Assembly: GCF_936981045.1 (NCBI RefSeq)
Contig: NZ_OW441264.1
Coordinates: 360,001 to 392,000, forward strand
Source: Candidatus Saccharimonadota bacterium
Lineage (GTDB): Bacteria; Bacteroidota; Bacteroidia; Cytophagales; Amoebophilaceae
Direction: 5' to 3'
Length of the DNA: 32,000 nt
The translations under genes and the position numbers were made by a program. Below the pieces are notes generated by a model. That model was not told where the DNA came from. It saw nothing but the letters and a program-made list of their open reading frames with translations, and searched no databases. Shown in pieces: positions 21,377-30,283 of this stretch (within the stretch, counting starts at the first letter, position 1; each line of letters opens with the position of its first letter).

Positions 21377-22483
21377 ATGAGTAAAAAGGCACGTGTATTG
21401 GTAGCCATGAGTGGTGGCATAGACAGTTCTGTATCCGCTGTGATGTTGCATGAGCAGGGCTACGAAGTAGTAGGTATTACTATGAAAACATGGAGTTATG
21501 CGGGTAGTGGTGGAAAGAAAAAAGAGACGGGATGTTGTAGTTTAGATGCCATCAATGATGCAAGGCATGTGGCGGTTGAATTGGGTGTTCCCCATATTGT
21601 TGTGGATATAAGAGAAGCATTTGGGGAGCATGTAATTGACCATTTTAAATCTGAATATCTAGCTGGTAGAACCCCAAATCCATGCGTATTGTGCAATACT
21701 CATATTAAATGGGATGCACTTTTGCAACGTGCTAATCAGTTAGGTTGTGATTATCTAGCAACCGGTCATTATGCAAAGGTACGAGAAGAGCGGGGGCGTT
21801 ATATGATATCTAAGGGATTAGATCCTAAAAAAGACCAATCCTATGCCCTGTGGGGGATCTCTCAAGAGAGTCTTAGTAGGACCTTACTCCCGTTAGGTGG
21901 GTTTACCAAATCTTTTATTCGTGCATTTGCTGCTGAACGTGGATTCACAGATTTGGTGAATAAGTCTGAATCATATGAAATATGCTTTATTCCTGATAAT
22001 GATTACCGTGGATTTTTAAAGCGACAAGTTCCTGGATTGGAAGAAACGGTTAAAGGGGGGGAGTTTATATTAGAAGATGGTAGGGTAGTGGGCCATCATG
22101 AAGGATATCCCTTTTATACCATTGGTCAGCGAAAAGGGTTAAATATTACTTTGGGTTATGCAGTATATGTAATAGCTATACAGAAGGAGACCAATCGAGT
22201 AGTATTGGGTACTTTTGATCAATTGCGTCGAGATGGTATGTATGTACACCAACTCAATTTATCCAAATATCCAGATCTAAAGGGCAGAAAATTAGATACC
22301 CTTACTAAGGTGAGATATAATGACCAAGGTATGCCTGCTGTGATTGAGCAAGTAGGTGATCAAATGCATGTATTTTTTGGTGCTGGTGTTCATGCCATTA
22401 CACCTGGCCAAGCGGCTGTTTTTTATGAGGCAGAAGATGTAATAGGAGGAGGATGGATTGTCTCGGCTTTTCAAAAAAGGTAA
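21377..22483 (+). CDS. mnmA: tRNA-specific 2-thiouridylase
   Basis: PP-loop VLVAMSGGIDSSV, plus NPCVLCN, ATGHYA and DQSYAL motifs. Confidence 0.93.
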   Translation: MSKKARVLVAMSGGIDSSVSAVMLHEQGYEVVGITMKTWSYAGSGGKKKETGCCSLDAINDARHVAVELGVPHIVVDIREAFGEHVIDHFKSEYLAGRTPNPCVLCNTHIKWDALLQRANQLGCDYLATGHYAKVREERGRYMISKGLDPKKDQSYALWGISQESLSRTLLPLGGFTKSFIRAFAAERGFTDLVNKSESYEICFIPDNDYRGFLKRQVPGLEETVKGGEFILEDGRVVGHHEGYPFYTIGQRKGLNITLGYAVYVIAIQKETNRVVLGTFDQLRRDGMYVHQLNLSKYPDLKGRKLDTLTKVRYNDQGMPAVIEQVGDQMHVFFGAGVHAITPGQAAVFYEAEDVIGGGWIVSAFQKR

Positions 22484-22537
22484 GGGTGTCTGTTGACGTC
22501 ATGCTGTCAACTTAAGAGTGACACCTTCAGCAAATCT

Positions 22538-23370
22538 GGTTCTGTCGCGTCTATAGTTTTCTTAGTATAGGTTTTTCGTTTAAGTCAAATTTTGGATATT
22601 ATGCGGCCATTAAGATAGCAAAGTTCTCAAAAGTAGAAAGATGATTTTTAGCTCCTCTTACTTGTCCTTTTTGAATCATACGAATGTTTTCTATCCCTGA
22701 AATAGTAATGGAAGCAGAATAAAAATTCTTAAAACCCAGCATAGGTTTTATCCGTTTTTTGATAAACCTATGATCTTGTTCAACTCTATTATTCAAATAT
22801 TTGTTTTGCAATATTTGAATGGTATGATCTTGATCAAGATCTGTATTGATCGCGTCAAGGGCAGCTTTATTACTACCGCTTTTGTCAATTACTACTTTCT
22901 TAGGAATATTATTTTCTGTGATCGCCTTTCGAAAAAAAGAAAGCGTTGAAGACTTGTCTCTATGCTCAGATAGAAAAAAGTCAACTGTATCACCATAACG
23001 ATCTACTGCTCTATATAAATAGATCCACTTCCCGTTTAGTTTAACATAGGTTTCATCCATTCTCCAACTACTACCAATTGGTCGTTTTCTTTTTCTTACT
23101 GCTTTATCTATCAGAGGAACAAACTTAATAACCCATCTCTGTAGCGTAGAATGATCAACTCTTGCGCCTCTCATACGCATCATCTCTTCCAAATCTCTAT
23201 AGCTCAAGGAAAAACGACACTTCATGTATACAAATAACAGGATGACTTCTGATGAAGAACAATAACCTTTAAAATATGGTAATAACTCGGGAGAAATATT
23301 AAACATAATAACTACTTTTGTAAATACCGATACTAAAATAATCATTTTTTAGAATAAACGCGACAGAACC
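22538..23370 (-). mobile_element. IS6-family insertion sequence, copy A (833 nt)
   Basis: Termini GGTTCTGTCGCGTCTAT (22538-) and ..ATAAACGCGACAGAACC (-23370) are inverted repeats. No 8-nt direct repeat in the flanks (GCAAATCT / AAAATTTG). Confidence 0.9.
22599..23306 (-). CDS. IS6-family (IS26-like) DDE transposase
   Basis: WRMDETYVKLNGKWIYLYRAVDRYGDTVDFFLSEHRD and NNRVEQDHRFIKKR match the IS6-family catalytic core. The listed ORF extends to 23345, but the ATG at 23306 (MFNISPELL) gives the family-typical ~235-aa length. Confidence 0.9.
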   Translation of the reverse strand: MFNISPELLPYFKGYCSSSEVILLFVYMKCRFSLSYRDLEEMMRMRGARVDHSTLQRWVIKFVPLIDKAVRKRKRPIGSSWRMDETYVKLNGKWIYLYRAVDRYGDTVDFFLSEHRDKSSTLSFFRKAITENNIPKKVVIDKSGSNKAALDAINTDLDQDHTIQILQNKYLNNRVEQDHRFIKKRIKPMLGFKNFYSASITISGIENIRMIQKGQVRGAKNHLSTFENFAILMAA

Positions 23371-23465
23371 AAAATTTGTCCGGATAAATCAGTCCACTAT
23401 AGCTCAATCATTTGCATATTAAGATAACAGCTTTTTGCTTAATAAGAAAGTAACATATAAAATGC

Positions 23466-24341
23466 TTATGGCTTTCTAGCATCCAATCCCCAGTAAAACT
23501 TTTCACGTAACACATCAAAAATAGTTGTATGGCCAAGCTGCACCAACTTTAATGAAAAAGGAGCCTTTTTAACTACAAATGGTTGGTGAACAGCCATGGG
23601 CATCATTCTTCCATCTACGGCAACCAGGATCTCTTTATTGCAGCTTTTAACTACAAAACTTAATAAAGCAGTGTCGGGAACAACCAATGGACGTAAGGCC
23701 AAATTATGAGGGCTTATAGGGGTAATAACTAAGCTATTGGAGCGGGTCAACACGATAGGACCTGAACAACTCAGTGAATAAGCAGTAGAACCTGTAGGTG
23801 TAGCAATAATCAGCCCATCTACTCGATAGGTAGTAATGAATTGTTCATCTATATAGGCATCAACGGTTAGTAAATTAACCTTATCTTGCTTAAGCAGCGC
23901 TACTTCGTTAAGCGCACAAGCAATAGGAAGATCTGAACCATATACAGCCAAAAGTATCCGCTCTTCTAGGGTATAATTGCCTTCAAAAAAATCTACCAAT
24001 CCAGCAATAACTTCCGTATGGGTTACCCTAGTTAAAAATCCCAAATTACCTGTATGCATGCCTAGTACAGGAATCGCATGATCTTTAAGATAATGGATGG
24101 TTTCTAACAAGGTTCCATCCCCACCTAAACTGATGATCAACTCTAAATCTAGTTGTAGATCTAACTGCTCTAGATCGAAAACGGGTAGTTGGCTCAGCAA
24201 AGCAGTAGATCCATTCAGTAATGCAGCTAAAATATTAGAAACCATTACGCGCTTTTGGTAAGCTTCTACTAAAGAGCAGACCTGCTCTAAAAATGCTAGA
24301 CTAACTGGACACACTTTTCTGCTATGTATGGCAATCGACAT
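23466..24341 (-). CDS. nadK: NAD kinase
   Basis: 291 aa with the GGDGTLL motif (SLGGDGTLLETI), NLGFLT, and ATPTGSTAYSLS. Confidence 0.9.
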   Translation of the reverse strand: MSIAIHSRKVCPVSLAFLEQVCSLVEAYQKRVMVSNILAALLNGSTALLSQLPVFDLEQLDLQLDLELIISLGGDGTLLETIHYLKDHAIPVLGMHTGNLGFLTRVTHTEVIAGLVDFFEGNYTLEERILLAVYGSDLPIACALNEVALLKQDKVNLLTVDAYIDEQFITTYRVDGLIIATPTGSTAYSLSCSGPIVLTRSNSLVITPISPHNLALRPLVVPDTALLSFVVKSCNKEILVAVDGRMMPMAVHQPFVVKKAPFSLKLVQLGHTTIFDVLREKFYWGLDARKP

Positions 24342-24558
24342 ATAGCTGTTATTAAAGATCTTAATACCACATCACAAACAGCTAAAAAATCTAACGTTGA
24401 TGTAGGTAGTGAAACGTTTTTAAAAAGTTGCGCTTTAAATAAGTTCCAAACTTACCGTAATAATTTGAATACAACTAATTTTTACTTAAAAGATGAACCC
24501 TACACATGAACCCTACACCGTTTAATTGATGCTTAAAAGTATAAAAGTAAGCCTATTA

Positions 24559-24799
24559 ACGTGAGTTCAGGATTTATATGACTGATTTACAACAATTTAA
24601 TATCAATTATTTAGTTAATATTTGCACCTATTTAACAAGTTTTTATATCTAATTTTATAAATATAATATATATAATAAACTGATTACCAGAATTATTTGT
24701 TATTCAACTACCTATTTAACTGTCTAATAAAACAAATTTTATAAATTTTCATTGATATTGATTATCAAATGAAAAAATAATCTAATCCTGAACTCACGT
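24559..24799 (-). mobile_element. MITE-like non-coding element, copy 5 (orientation B)
   Basis: ACGTGAGTTCAGGATTTATATGACTG ... AATCTAATCCTGAACTCACGT, 241 nt. Both termini carry the compensating G-to-A / C-to-T change. No flanking duplication (TATTA / ATACA). Confidence 0.88.
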
Positions 24800-24974
24800 A
24801 TACATATGGAAGACATAGATAGCACAACCATACTACATAATGCTTTCTATCGGCCCAAAGATGATAGATAAAAGGCATTTATGCCTTTTACTTATTAAAG
24901 TAATTATTTTATATTGCTTATCCTTTTGTTTATTGTCTATCGGGTTAATTTTTACCGATCAGCTGTATGGGTAT

Positions 24975-24999
24975 CTTAAGCCCCCACCATTGGCTGAAC
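24975..24999 (+). repeat. 25-nt exact direct repeat, copy 1 (IS4-terminus-like architecture)
   Basis: CTTAAGCCCCCACCATTGGCTGAAC, identical to 25858-25882. Confidence 0.8.
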
Positions 25000-25033
25000 A
25001 TATACAATAATTTTTTAACGTTTTTGGCTTAGT

Positions 25034-25336
25034 ATGAACTATAAAAATAAAATGCAACCTATTAAAAAAGTATTGTTAGACCCCTATTTTATTTTAACCA
25101 TCTTGTTTGCTGTATGGATGCTCTTTTTGGATTATCAAAATGTATTTGTACAGTATAGATTATACAAATGTTGGCAAAAGTTGCAAGCAGAGGCTATCGA
25201 TTATAAATTTCAGATTCAGCAGATTAAGAAAGAAAAAAAAGAGCTTATTGATAATATGGATTTCTTAGAGAAGGTTGCGCGTGAAAAATATTATATGAAG
25301 CGAGCGAAAGAAGATTTGTATATTATACGGGAATAG
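25034..25336 (+). CDS. ftsB: Septum formation initiator family protein (FtsB/DivIC-like)
   Basis: 100 aa with a single N-terminal TM segment (YFILTILFAVWMLFL), a coiled-coil, and the conserved C-terminal EKVAREKYYMKRAKEDLYII. Confidence 0.75.
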   Translation: MNYKNKMQPIKKVLLDPYFILTILFAVWMLFLDYQNVFVQYRLYKCWQKLQAEAIDYKFQIQQIKKEKKELIDNMDFLEKVAREKYYMKRAKEDLYIIRE

Positions 25337-25354
25337 CATTGTACTAAGGTATTA

Positions 25355-25594
25355 ACGTGAGTTCGGGATTAGATTATTTTTTCATTTTATAATCAATATT
25401 AATAAAAATTTATAAAATTTGTTTTATAGACAGTTAAATAGGTAGTTGAATAACAAATAATTCTGATAATCAGTTTATTATATATATTATATTTATAAAA
25501 TTAGATATAAAAACTTGTTAAATAGGTGCAAATATTAACTAAATAATTGATATTAAATTGTTGTAAATCAGTCACATAAATACCGAACTCACGT
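25355..25594 (+). mobile_element. MITE-like non-coding element, copy 6 (orientation A)
   Basis: ACGTGAGTTCGGGATTAGATT ... AAATACCGAACTCACGT, 240 nt. Exact 5-nt direct repeat TATTA / TATTA. It starts 18 nt after the ftsB-like stop. Confidence 0.9.
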
Positions 25595-25607
25595 TATTAG
25601 GGATATT

Positions 25608-25792
25608 ATGGCCGCCGATAAAGGAATTTGGCGTTTTAGTAAAACATTAGTCTTTAAACAATCTGGTTTTCAGCGGATCAGAAAATCATCTGTTTGAAGC
25701 CCGAGTATTGGGCTGAGTTTATGATTTTCCCTCTCGAAATCAGATTGTTTCATTAATTTTACTGTGTGCCAAATTCCTTTATCGGCAGCCAT
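25608..25792. repeat. ~185-nt imperfect palindrome (inverted duplication)
   Basis: Outer arms ATGGCCGCCGATAAAGGAATTTGGC (25608-25632) and GCCAAATTCCTTTATCGGCAGCCAT (25768-25792) are complementary at 24 of 25 positions. Inner matching blocks are AGTAAAA/TTTTACT, AAACAATCTG/CAGATTGTTT and GAAAATCAT/ATGATTTTC. The central hairpin is GCCC-GAGTATT-GGGC. Confidence 0.8.
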
Positions 25793-25857
25793 AAGCAGGG
25801 GGCATACTAACCATCCACAAACCGCTTTTTGCACGTCTGCGCTAAAATACATTCGCC

Positions 25858-25882
25858 CTTAAGCCCCCACCATTGGCTGAAC
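25858..25882 (+). repeat. 25-nt exact direct repeat, copy 2
   Basis: CTTAAGCCCCCACCATTGGCTGAAC, identical to 24975-24999. Confidence 0.8.
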
Positions 25883-26000
25883 GATGGATACGATTTTGTT
25901 ATATAGTAAGAAACAGACAGCTAAATGGATACAAAAGTTAAGCAACTTCTTACAGGAAATCCACTAATCACGCAATCGAGCTATTGCTTCCTGGTCCATT

Positions 26001-27296
26001 TTAGCTAAAATACAGCGTGTAGTATGGAGTTTTTTCACTACAATGCTTTACTACCTCAGGATTATATTTATCTTCCTCTTCTTGACCACCACCGTCATCA
26101 TCATCTTTTTCTAGTTTATCACTATCCCATTCTACATCTTCTGAAATATTACTATTATTGTCTTCACATCCATCAAAATCCCAGCCAATACCCGAGCTAC
26201 CATACAAGCTACTATCAACAAATTTACTATTTTCATGGTCACTATGATAATCTTCTCCTGGCATATCTTCTGTTTGGACCTGAATATCACGAGTTTGTTT
26301 AGGCTTTTTCAAACCATCAGCAACTACTCCTTCTTGAGACATCTGCTTTAGGCTTGAGGCATCTACTTGCTCGATTACACGCTTATATATAGCCTTACCC
26401 TCTTTAACAGAGGATGCGCTATTATTTAATGATATCAGACGATAACGATTACCATGTTTAATATAAAGATAAGCAGCATCGTCTGATGGGCTTGCAGCAG
26501 GTTGCAATCTATTGCCACAAACCGAAGCAGAACAGATTTCGTTTGTAGAATGAACCGTATTTGTGGAAAGATATCTTACCAGCTGAACGAGTTCACTAGT
26601 AGATGCAGGCGTACGTTTTGTAACCATAAAACCTGCATGATTAACATCTTCAAATCTTGTCTTATCTTGCCTACTCTCAAGCAGCACTATGCTACTCATA
26701 CCATTAAACGCTTTTATGCCATAATCTAAAACACTGAAAATAGTAAAATCATTGGTACAGGTTGCTTCTAGCTTACTACAGGCATCTTTATGAAACAATG
26801 ATTCCACTTCCTTTTCCTTAGATAACCCATCTATCCATTCGTTTGGAACCTCTATAAGTATACTAAGTACTTCACTACTACCATCAAGGTAAGATAAAGT
26901 AACCTCTTGATTGGAAAGATGCATATTTGCACAATGCTTTAAACTCTTAGGAGCATAAAAAAGCAACCCCATTTTTTGCGATTCAGTTTTACCGGATTGG
27001 TTTGCTGGATCAATCTGTATAAGACCAAGGTTATGATCCATCTTGAAGTAACTTACCACTCCTAGAAAATGGCTGGAGTTACTTTTTGAAGAGATAACAT
27101 TATTAGATACTGTTTGGTGTTTGGGTGATTTGAATGCAATAGATGACGAGTCTTTACTTTCTTTTGAAAAAAGGTTATAAACACCTTTATCGCACCCTTG
27201 AAAACCAAGTAGAAGCGTACTCATGTTTGCTAAAATCACCTTTGGTCCAATGTATCCTTTGCATATTGACTGGGTTTTACGTATATTGTCACACAT
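26001..27296 (-). CDS. Hypothetical protein, putative lipoprotein with an acidic, low-complexity C-terminal tail
   Basis: This is a long ORF (431 aa) in an AT-rich genome. The N-terminus ..KVILANMSTLLLGFQGC is lipobox-like. The C-terminal ~90 residues are rich in D/E/S/G (DDDDGGGQEEEDK). I recognise no conserved domain. Confidence 0.6.
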   Translation of the reverse strand: MCDNIRKTQSICKGYIGPKVILANMSTLLLGFQGCDKGVYNLFSKESKDSSSIAFKSPKHQTVSNNVISSKSNSSHFLGVVSYFKMDHNLGLIQIDPANQSGKTESQKMGLLFYAPKSLKHCANMHLSNQEVTLSYLDGSSEVLSILIEVPNEWIDGLSKEKEVESLFHKDACSKLEATCTNDFTIFSVLDYGIKAFNGMSSIVLLESRQDKTRFEDVNHAGFMVTKRTPASTSELVQLVRYLSTNTVHSTNEICSASVCGNRLQPAASPSDDAAYLYIKHGNRYRLISLNNSASSVKEGKAIYKRVIEQVDASSLKQMSQEGVVADGLKKPKQTRDIQVQTEDMPGEDYHSDHENSKFVDSSLYGSSGIGWDFDGCEDNNSNISEDVEWDSDKLEKDDDDGGGQEEEDKYNPEVVKHCSEKTPYYTLYFS

Positions 27297-27917
27297 GTTT
27301 GTTTTTTTACTAGTATAAGGCTTTACATATCAGCCCCACAGGATGAATTTCCCTAACAGCCATTGTGCCAGCCACATCATGCGATTAGGCCAATAACGCC
27401 TCCATACCTATAAAGCTATAGTATGTAATTTGAATAAAATAAACTCATCAGAAATGCATAATAGCGTAGCATAAATTTGTAAATGGTTAAAACTATCCCT
27501 TGCATAAAACCAAATCTTAAAAGAGCTGATAAAACGGGTACTATGCGCTCCCCCAAATAACTCTGAAAAGACAAAACTATGAAGATTATGATTCATTTTC
27601 ATAGAAAAAATTCCTATTCCCTTGCTAGAGGCTGTTTACATATGGTACCAAAAAAAATTAGAATCTGCAAATTTATGTAACCACTTATTGCATAAAACAG
27701 TTAACGGGCTTTTCACAAACTTGTTTTATGACAAGCAAAAACTTTTAGAACGCTTTATGTTACCTACAGGCCACTATATCTGTAAAGCAACATTTTTAAT
27801 TTTTAGGGAATGATAGGCCGATACAATTGAATAAAACGATTGAAAGGTCAAAGACATGGCTACATAAAGTTTTCTTAAATGTTCCAAATTCCCTAATCAT
27901 CACATAGCACAAATGTA

Positions 27918-29714
27918 ATGAATACAATTCGCCTTCTCTCTGATTTACTGATTAATCAAATAGCAGCTGGCGAAGTAGTACAACGTCCTGCTTCTGTAGT
28001 CAAAGAACTACTCGATAACGCGATAGATGCAGGCAGCAAGAATATAAAAATTGTTATAAAAGATGCTGGAAAGCAATTTATTCAAGTGATTGATGATGGT
28101 ATAGGCATGAGTGAAGTAGATGCTCGAATGTGTTTTGAAAAACATACCACTTCTAAGATTGCCAACACGGATGATTTATCTAAAATCCAAACCATGGGTT
28201 TTAGAGGAGAGGCAATGGCCTCTATCGCAGCAGTAGCACAGGTAGAAATGGAAACCCGTCTACATCAAGCGTCTATCGGCGTCTTGATTGCTATAGAGGG
28301 ATCTAAGATCAAAAAACAGGAAGCGGTCGCTACATCACCAGGCACTAAGGTTAGTGTTAAAAATCTATTTTATAATGTTCCAGCACGAAGAAACTTCTTG
28401 AAATCTAACCCTGTAGAATTCAAGCATATCCTAGAAGAAGTCCAACATGCAGCACTTGCTAGAACAGAGATTGGATGGAAACTTTACCACAATGATACGG
28501 AAATATATAATCTGTCACCAGAAAAATTAAGCCATAGAATTGTCCATCTATTTGGAGAAAGTTATAAAAAACAACTGATCCCCTGTAAAGAAACTACCGA
28601 TATAGTGACTATAGAAGGTTACATAGGCAAACCAGAACAAGCAAAAAAAACAAGAGGGGAACAATTTTTATTTGTAAACCAGCGTTTTATAAGGAGCCCA
28701 TTTTTAAACCATGCGATTAAAAACACGTACGATAGACTCTTACCAGTAGATAACTTCCCCTTTTATACCATCTATTTAACCATTGACCCTAAATGGGTTG
28801 ACATAAACGTACACCCTACTAAAACAGAGATTAAATTTCAAGACGAAAGAGCGCTTTATGCGATTTTGCAAGCGGCCATTAAAAAAAGTTTGGCGACCCA
28901 TCATGTAGTCGATTCTTTAGATTTTGACCAGGATACCAATTTTTCTCTGTTACGCTTTACAAATCCTGTCCAAATAAACAACCATCCTACGCACTCAGAA
29001 AAAGAACGCACCTATACACAATTTAAAGTAGACCATTCTACGCTATCTTCTACGCCTTCTAAAAACTGGCAAAATTTATTTACGGATCACAAAGATAACA
29101 GCACAACGCGCACATTAGACCAAACCGTTGGTACATTGCAACATCAGCATGGAGTAGGAACAGCTGTACAATTGTATACCAACTATATTATCGTGCAAGT
29201 ACAGTCTGGTGCACTTTTAATTGATCAGCAAGCAGCACATGAACGGGTACTGTATGACAAGTTTTTGGCCCACTTTCAAAATAAAAGTGGTGCATCACAA
29301 CAGTTGCTTATGCCAGAACACCTAGTAGTAAACCCTATAGATTATATGGTTTTACTAGAAAATGAAGCTATTTTGCGTTCATTAGGCTTTGTTATTGACC
29401 CATTTGGGGAATCTACTATTATTATCCATGGCTGCCCAGCTGAACTGAGCCACCACTCACCAAAGCAATTATTGGAAGGGCTAATAGAACAACTCAAATG
29501 GAACAACAGTAAGCATAAACTGGAAACTTCAGAATGTTGCATCAGGACATTGGCTAAAAAAGCGAGCCTACCACATGGCACAAAACTAAATGGAATCGAA
29601 ATAGATGCGTTATTGGCACAATTATTTTCATCTAGCAATACCATGTATGCGCCAGATGGAAAAAAAATATGTGTAATGTTATCAAAAGATAGTTTGGCAA
29701 ATTTGTTGAAATAA
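27918..29714 (+). CDS. mutL: DNA mismatch repair protein MutL
   Basis: N-terminal GHKL ATPase motifs IRLLSDLLINQIAAGEVVQRPASVVKELLDNAIDAG, DDGIGM and GFRGEA. The C-terminal dimerisation region contains QQAAHERVLYD. Confidence 0.93.
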   Translation: MNTIRLLSDLLINQIAAGEVVQRPASVVKELLDNAIDAGSKNIKIVIKDAGKQFIQVIDDGIGMSEVDARMCFEKHTTSKIANTDDLSKIQTMGFRGEAMASIAAVAQVEMETRLHQASIGVLIAIEGSKIKKQEAVATSPGTKVSVKNLFYNVPARRNFLKSNPVEFKHILEEVQHAALARTEIGWKLYHNDTEIYNLSPEKLSHRIVHLFGESYKKQLIPCKETTDIVTIEGYIGKPEQAKKTRGEQFLFVNQRFIRSPFLNHAIKNTYDRLLPVDNFPFYTIYLTIDPKWVDINVHPTKTEIKFQDERALYAILQAAIKKSLATHHVVDSLDFDQDTNFSLLRFTNPVQINNHPTHSEKERTYTQFKVDHSTLSSTPSKNWQNLFTDHKDNSTTRTLDQTVGTLQHQHGVGTAVQLYTNYIIVQVQSGALLIDQQAAHERVLYDKFLAHFQNKSGASQQLLMPEHLVVNPIDYMVLLENEAILRSLGFVIDPFGESTIIIHGCPAELSHHSPKQLLEGLIEQLKWNNSKHKLETSECCIRTLAKKASLPHGTKLNGIEIDALLAQLFSSSNTMYAPDGKKICVMLSKDSLANLLK

Positions 29715-29767
29715 GGAAAATGTCAATCACTACTGCAGCGTTAATATGTGGGAAAACCTGAATATAG

Positions 29768-30283
29768 TGGACTGAAAAAATCGGACAAAAATATTTTAAT
29801 TTATTTTCCGTATCGTTTAGTTTTAGAGTCATACAATAAATTAATCAGATGGGTAAAAATAAGATTAGGGATTTTAGTTCGGAAGAAAAAACTAAGATAG
29901 TATTCGCTTTACTAAAAGAAGATTTAACGCTAGTTGAGCTATCGTCCAAATATGGCGTCACTAGTAAAATCCTTCAAAATTGGAAGCGTCAGTGTTTAGA
30001 AAATGCTTCAGTAGCCTTTGATCCATCAAAAATTGTTAGCGTTTATAAAGATGCAATACAGACTCTTAAGCATCAAAATGATGAACTGGCTAAAGCTTCA
30101 GGGAAGGCTACCGTTGAGCGAGATTGGGCAGTGAGAAAGCTAAAGAGCTTGGATGTATTAAATAAGAAAAGTCTTGTTAGATCCAAGCTTCCCAACCGGG
30201 TCTTTTGTTTTAAGTGTGTAAATATTTTTTAGGATTTATCTTTACCTAAATCATAACACTTAAAACAATGAAAGGAAAAGAGA
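29768..30283 (+). mobile_element. IS3-family element remnant (left end plus orfA only), truncated by IS6 copy B
   Basis: TGGACTGAAAAAATCGGACAAAA at 29768 resembles IS3/IS150-type left termini (TG..ACTG....GGAC). orfA follows, orfB is absent, and the IS6 terminus begins at 30284. The left boundary is tentative. Confidence 0.55.
29849..30232 (+). CDS. IS3-family transposase OrfA (HTH domain protein), probable remnant
   Basis: FSSEEKTKIVFALLKEDLTLVELSSKYGVTSKILQNWKRQCLENASVAF followed by a leucine-zipper-like GKATVERDWAVRKLKSL, as in IS3/IS150-group OrfA proteins. Confidence 0.7.
   Translation: MGKNKIRDFSSEEKTKIVFALLKEDLTLVELSSKYGVTSKILQNWKRQCLENASVAFDPSKIVSVYKDAIQTLKHQNDELAKASGKATVERDWAVRKLKSLDVLNKKSLVRSKLPNRVFCFKCVNIF

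Noticed and set aside
26024-26729. Plus-strand ORFs 26024..26302 (His/Tyr-rich) and 26502..26729 inside the orphan gene
   Set aside because: They are mirror images of the acidic and Ser-rich coding strand. The 431-aa minus-strand ORF is much longer and has a plausible signal sequence.
27297-27917. Small ORFs 27408..27602 (-) and 27622..27813 (+) in the 620-nt gap between the orphan gene and mutL, as genes or gene remnants
   Set aside because: I could see no recognisable motif, no ribosome-binding context and no similarity to anything else in the window. They may be degraded remnants, but I cannot support a call. ORF 24324..24509 was rejected for the same reasons.
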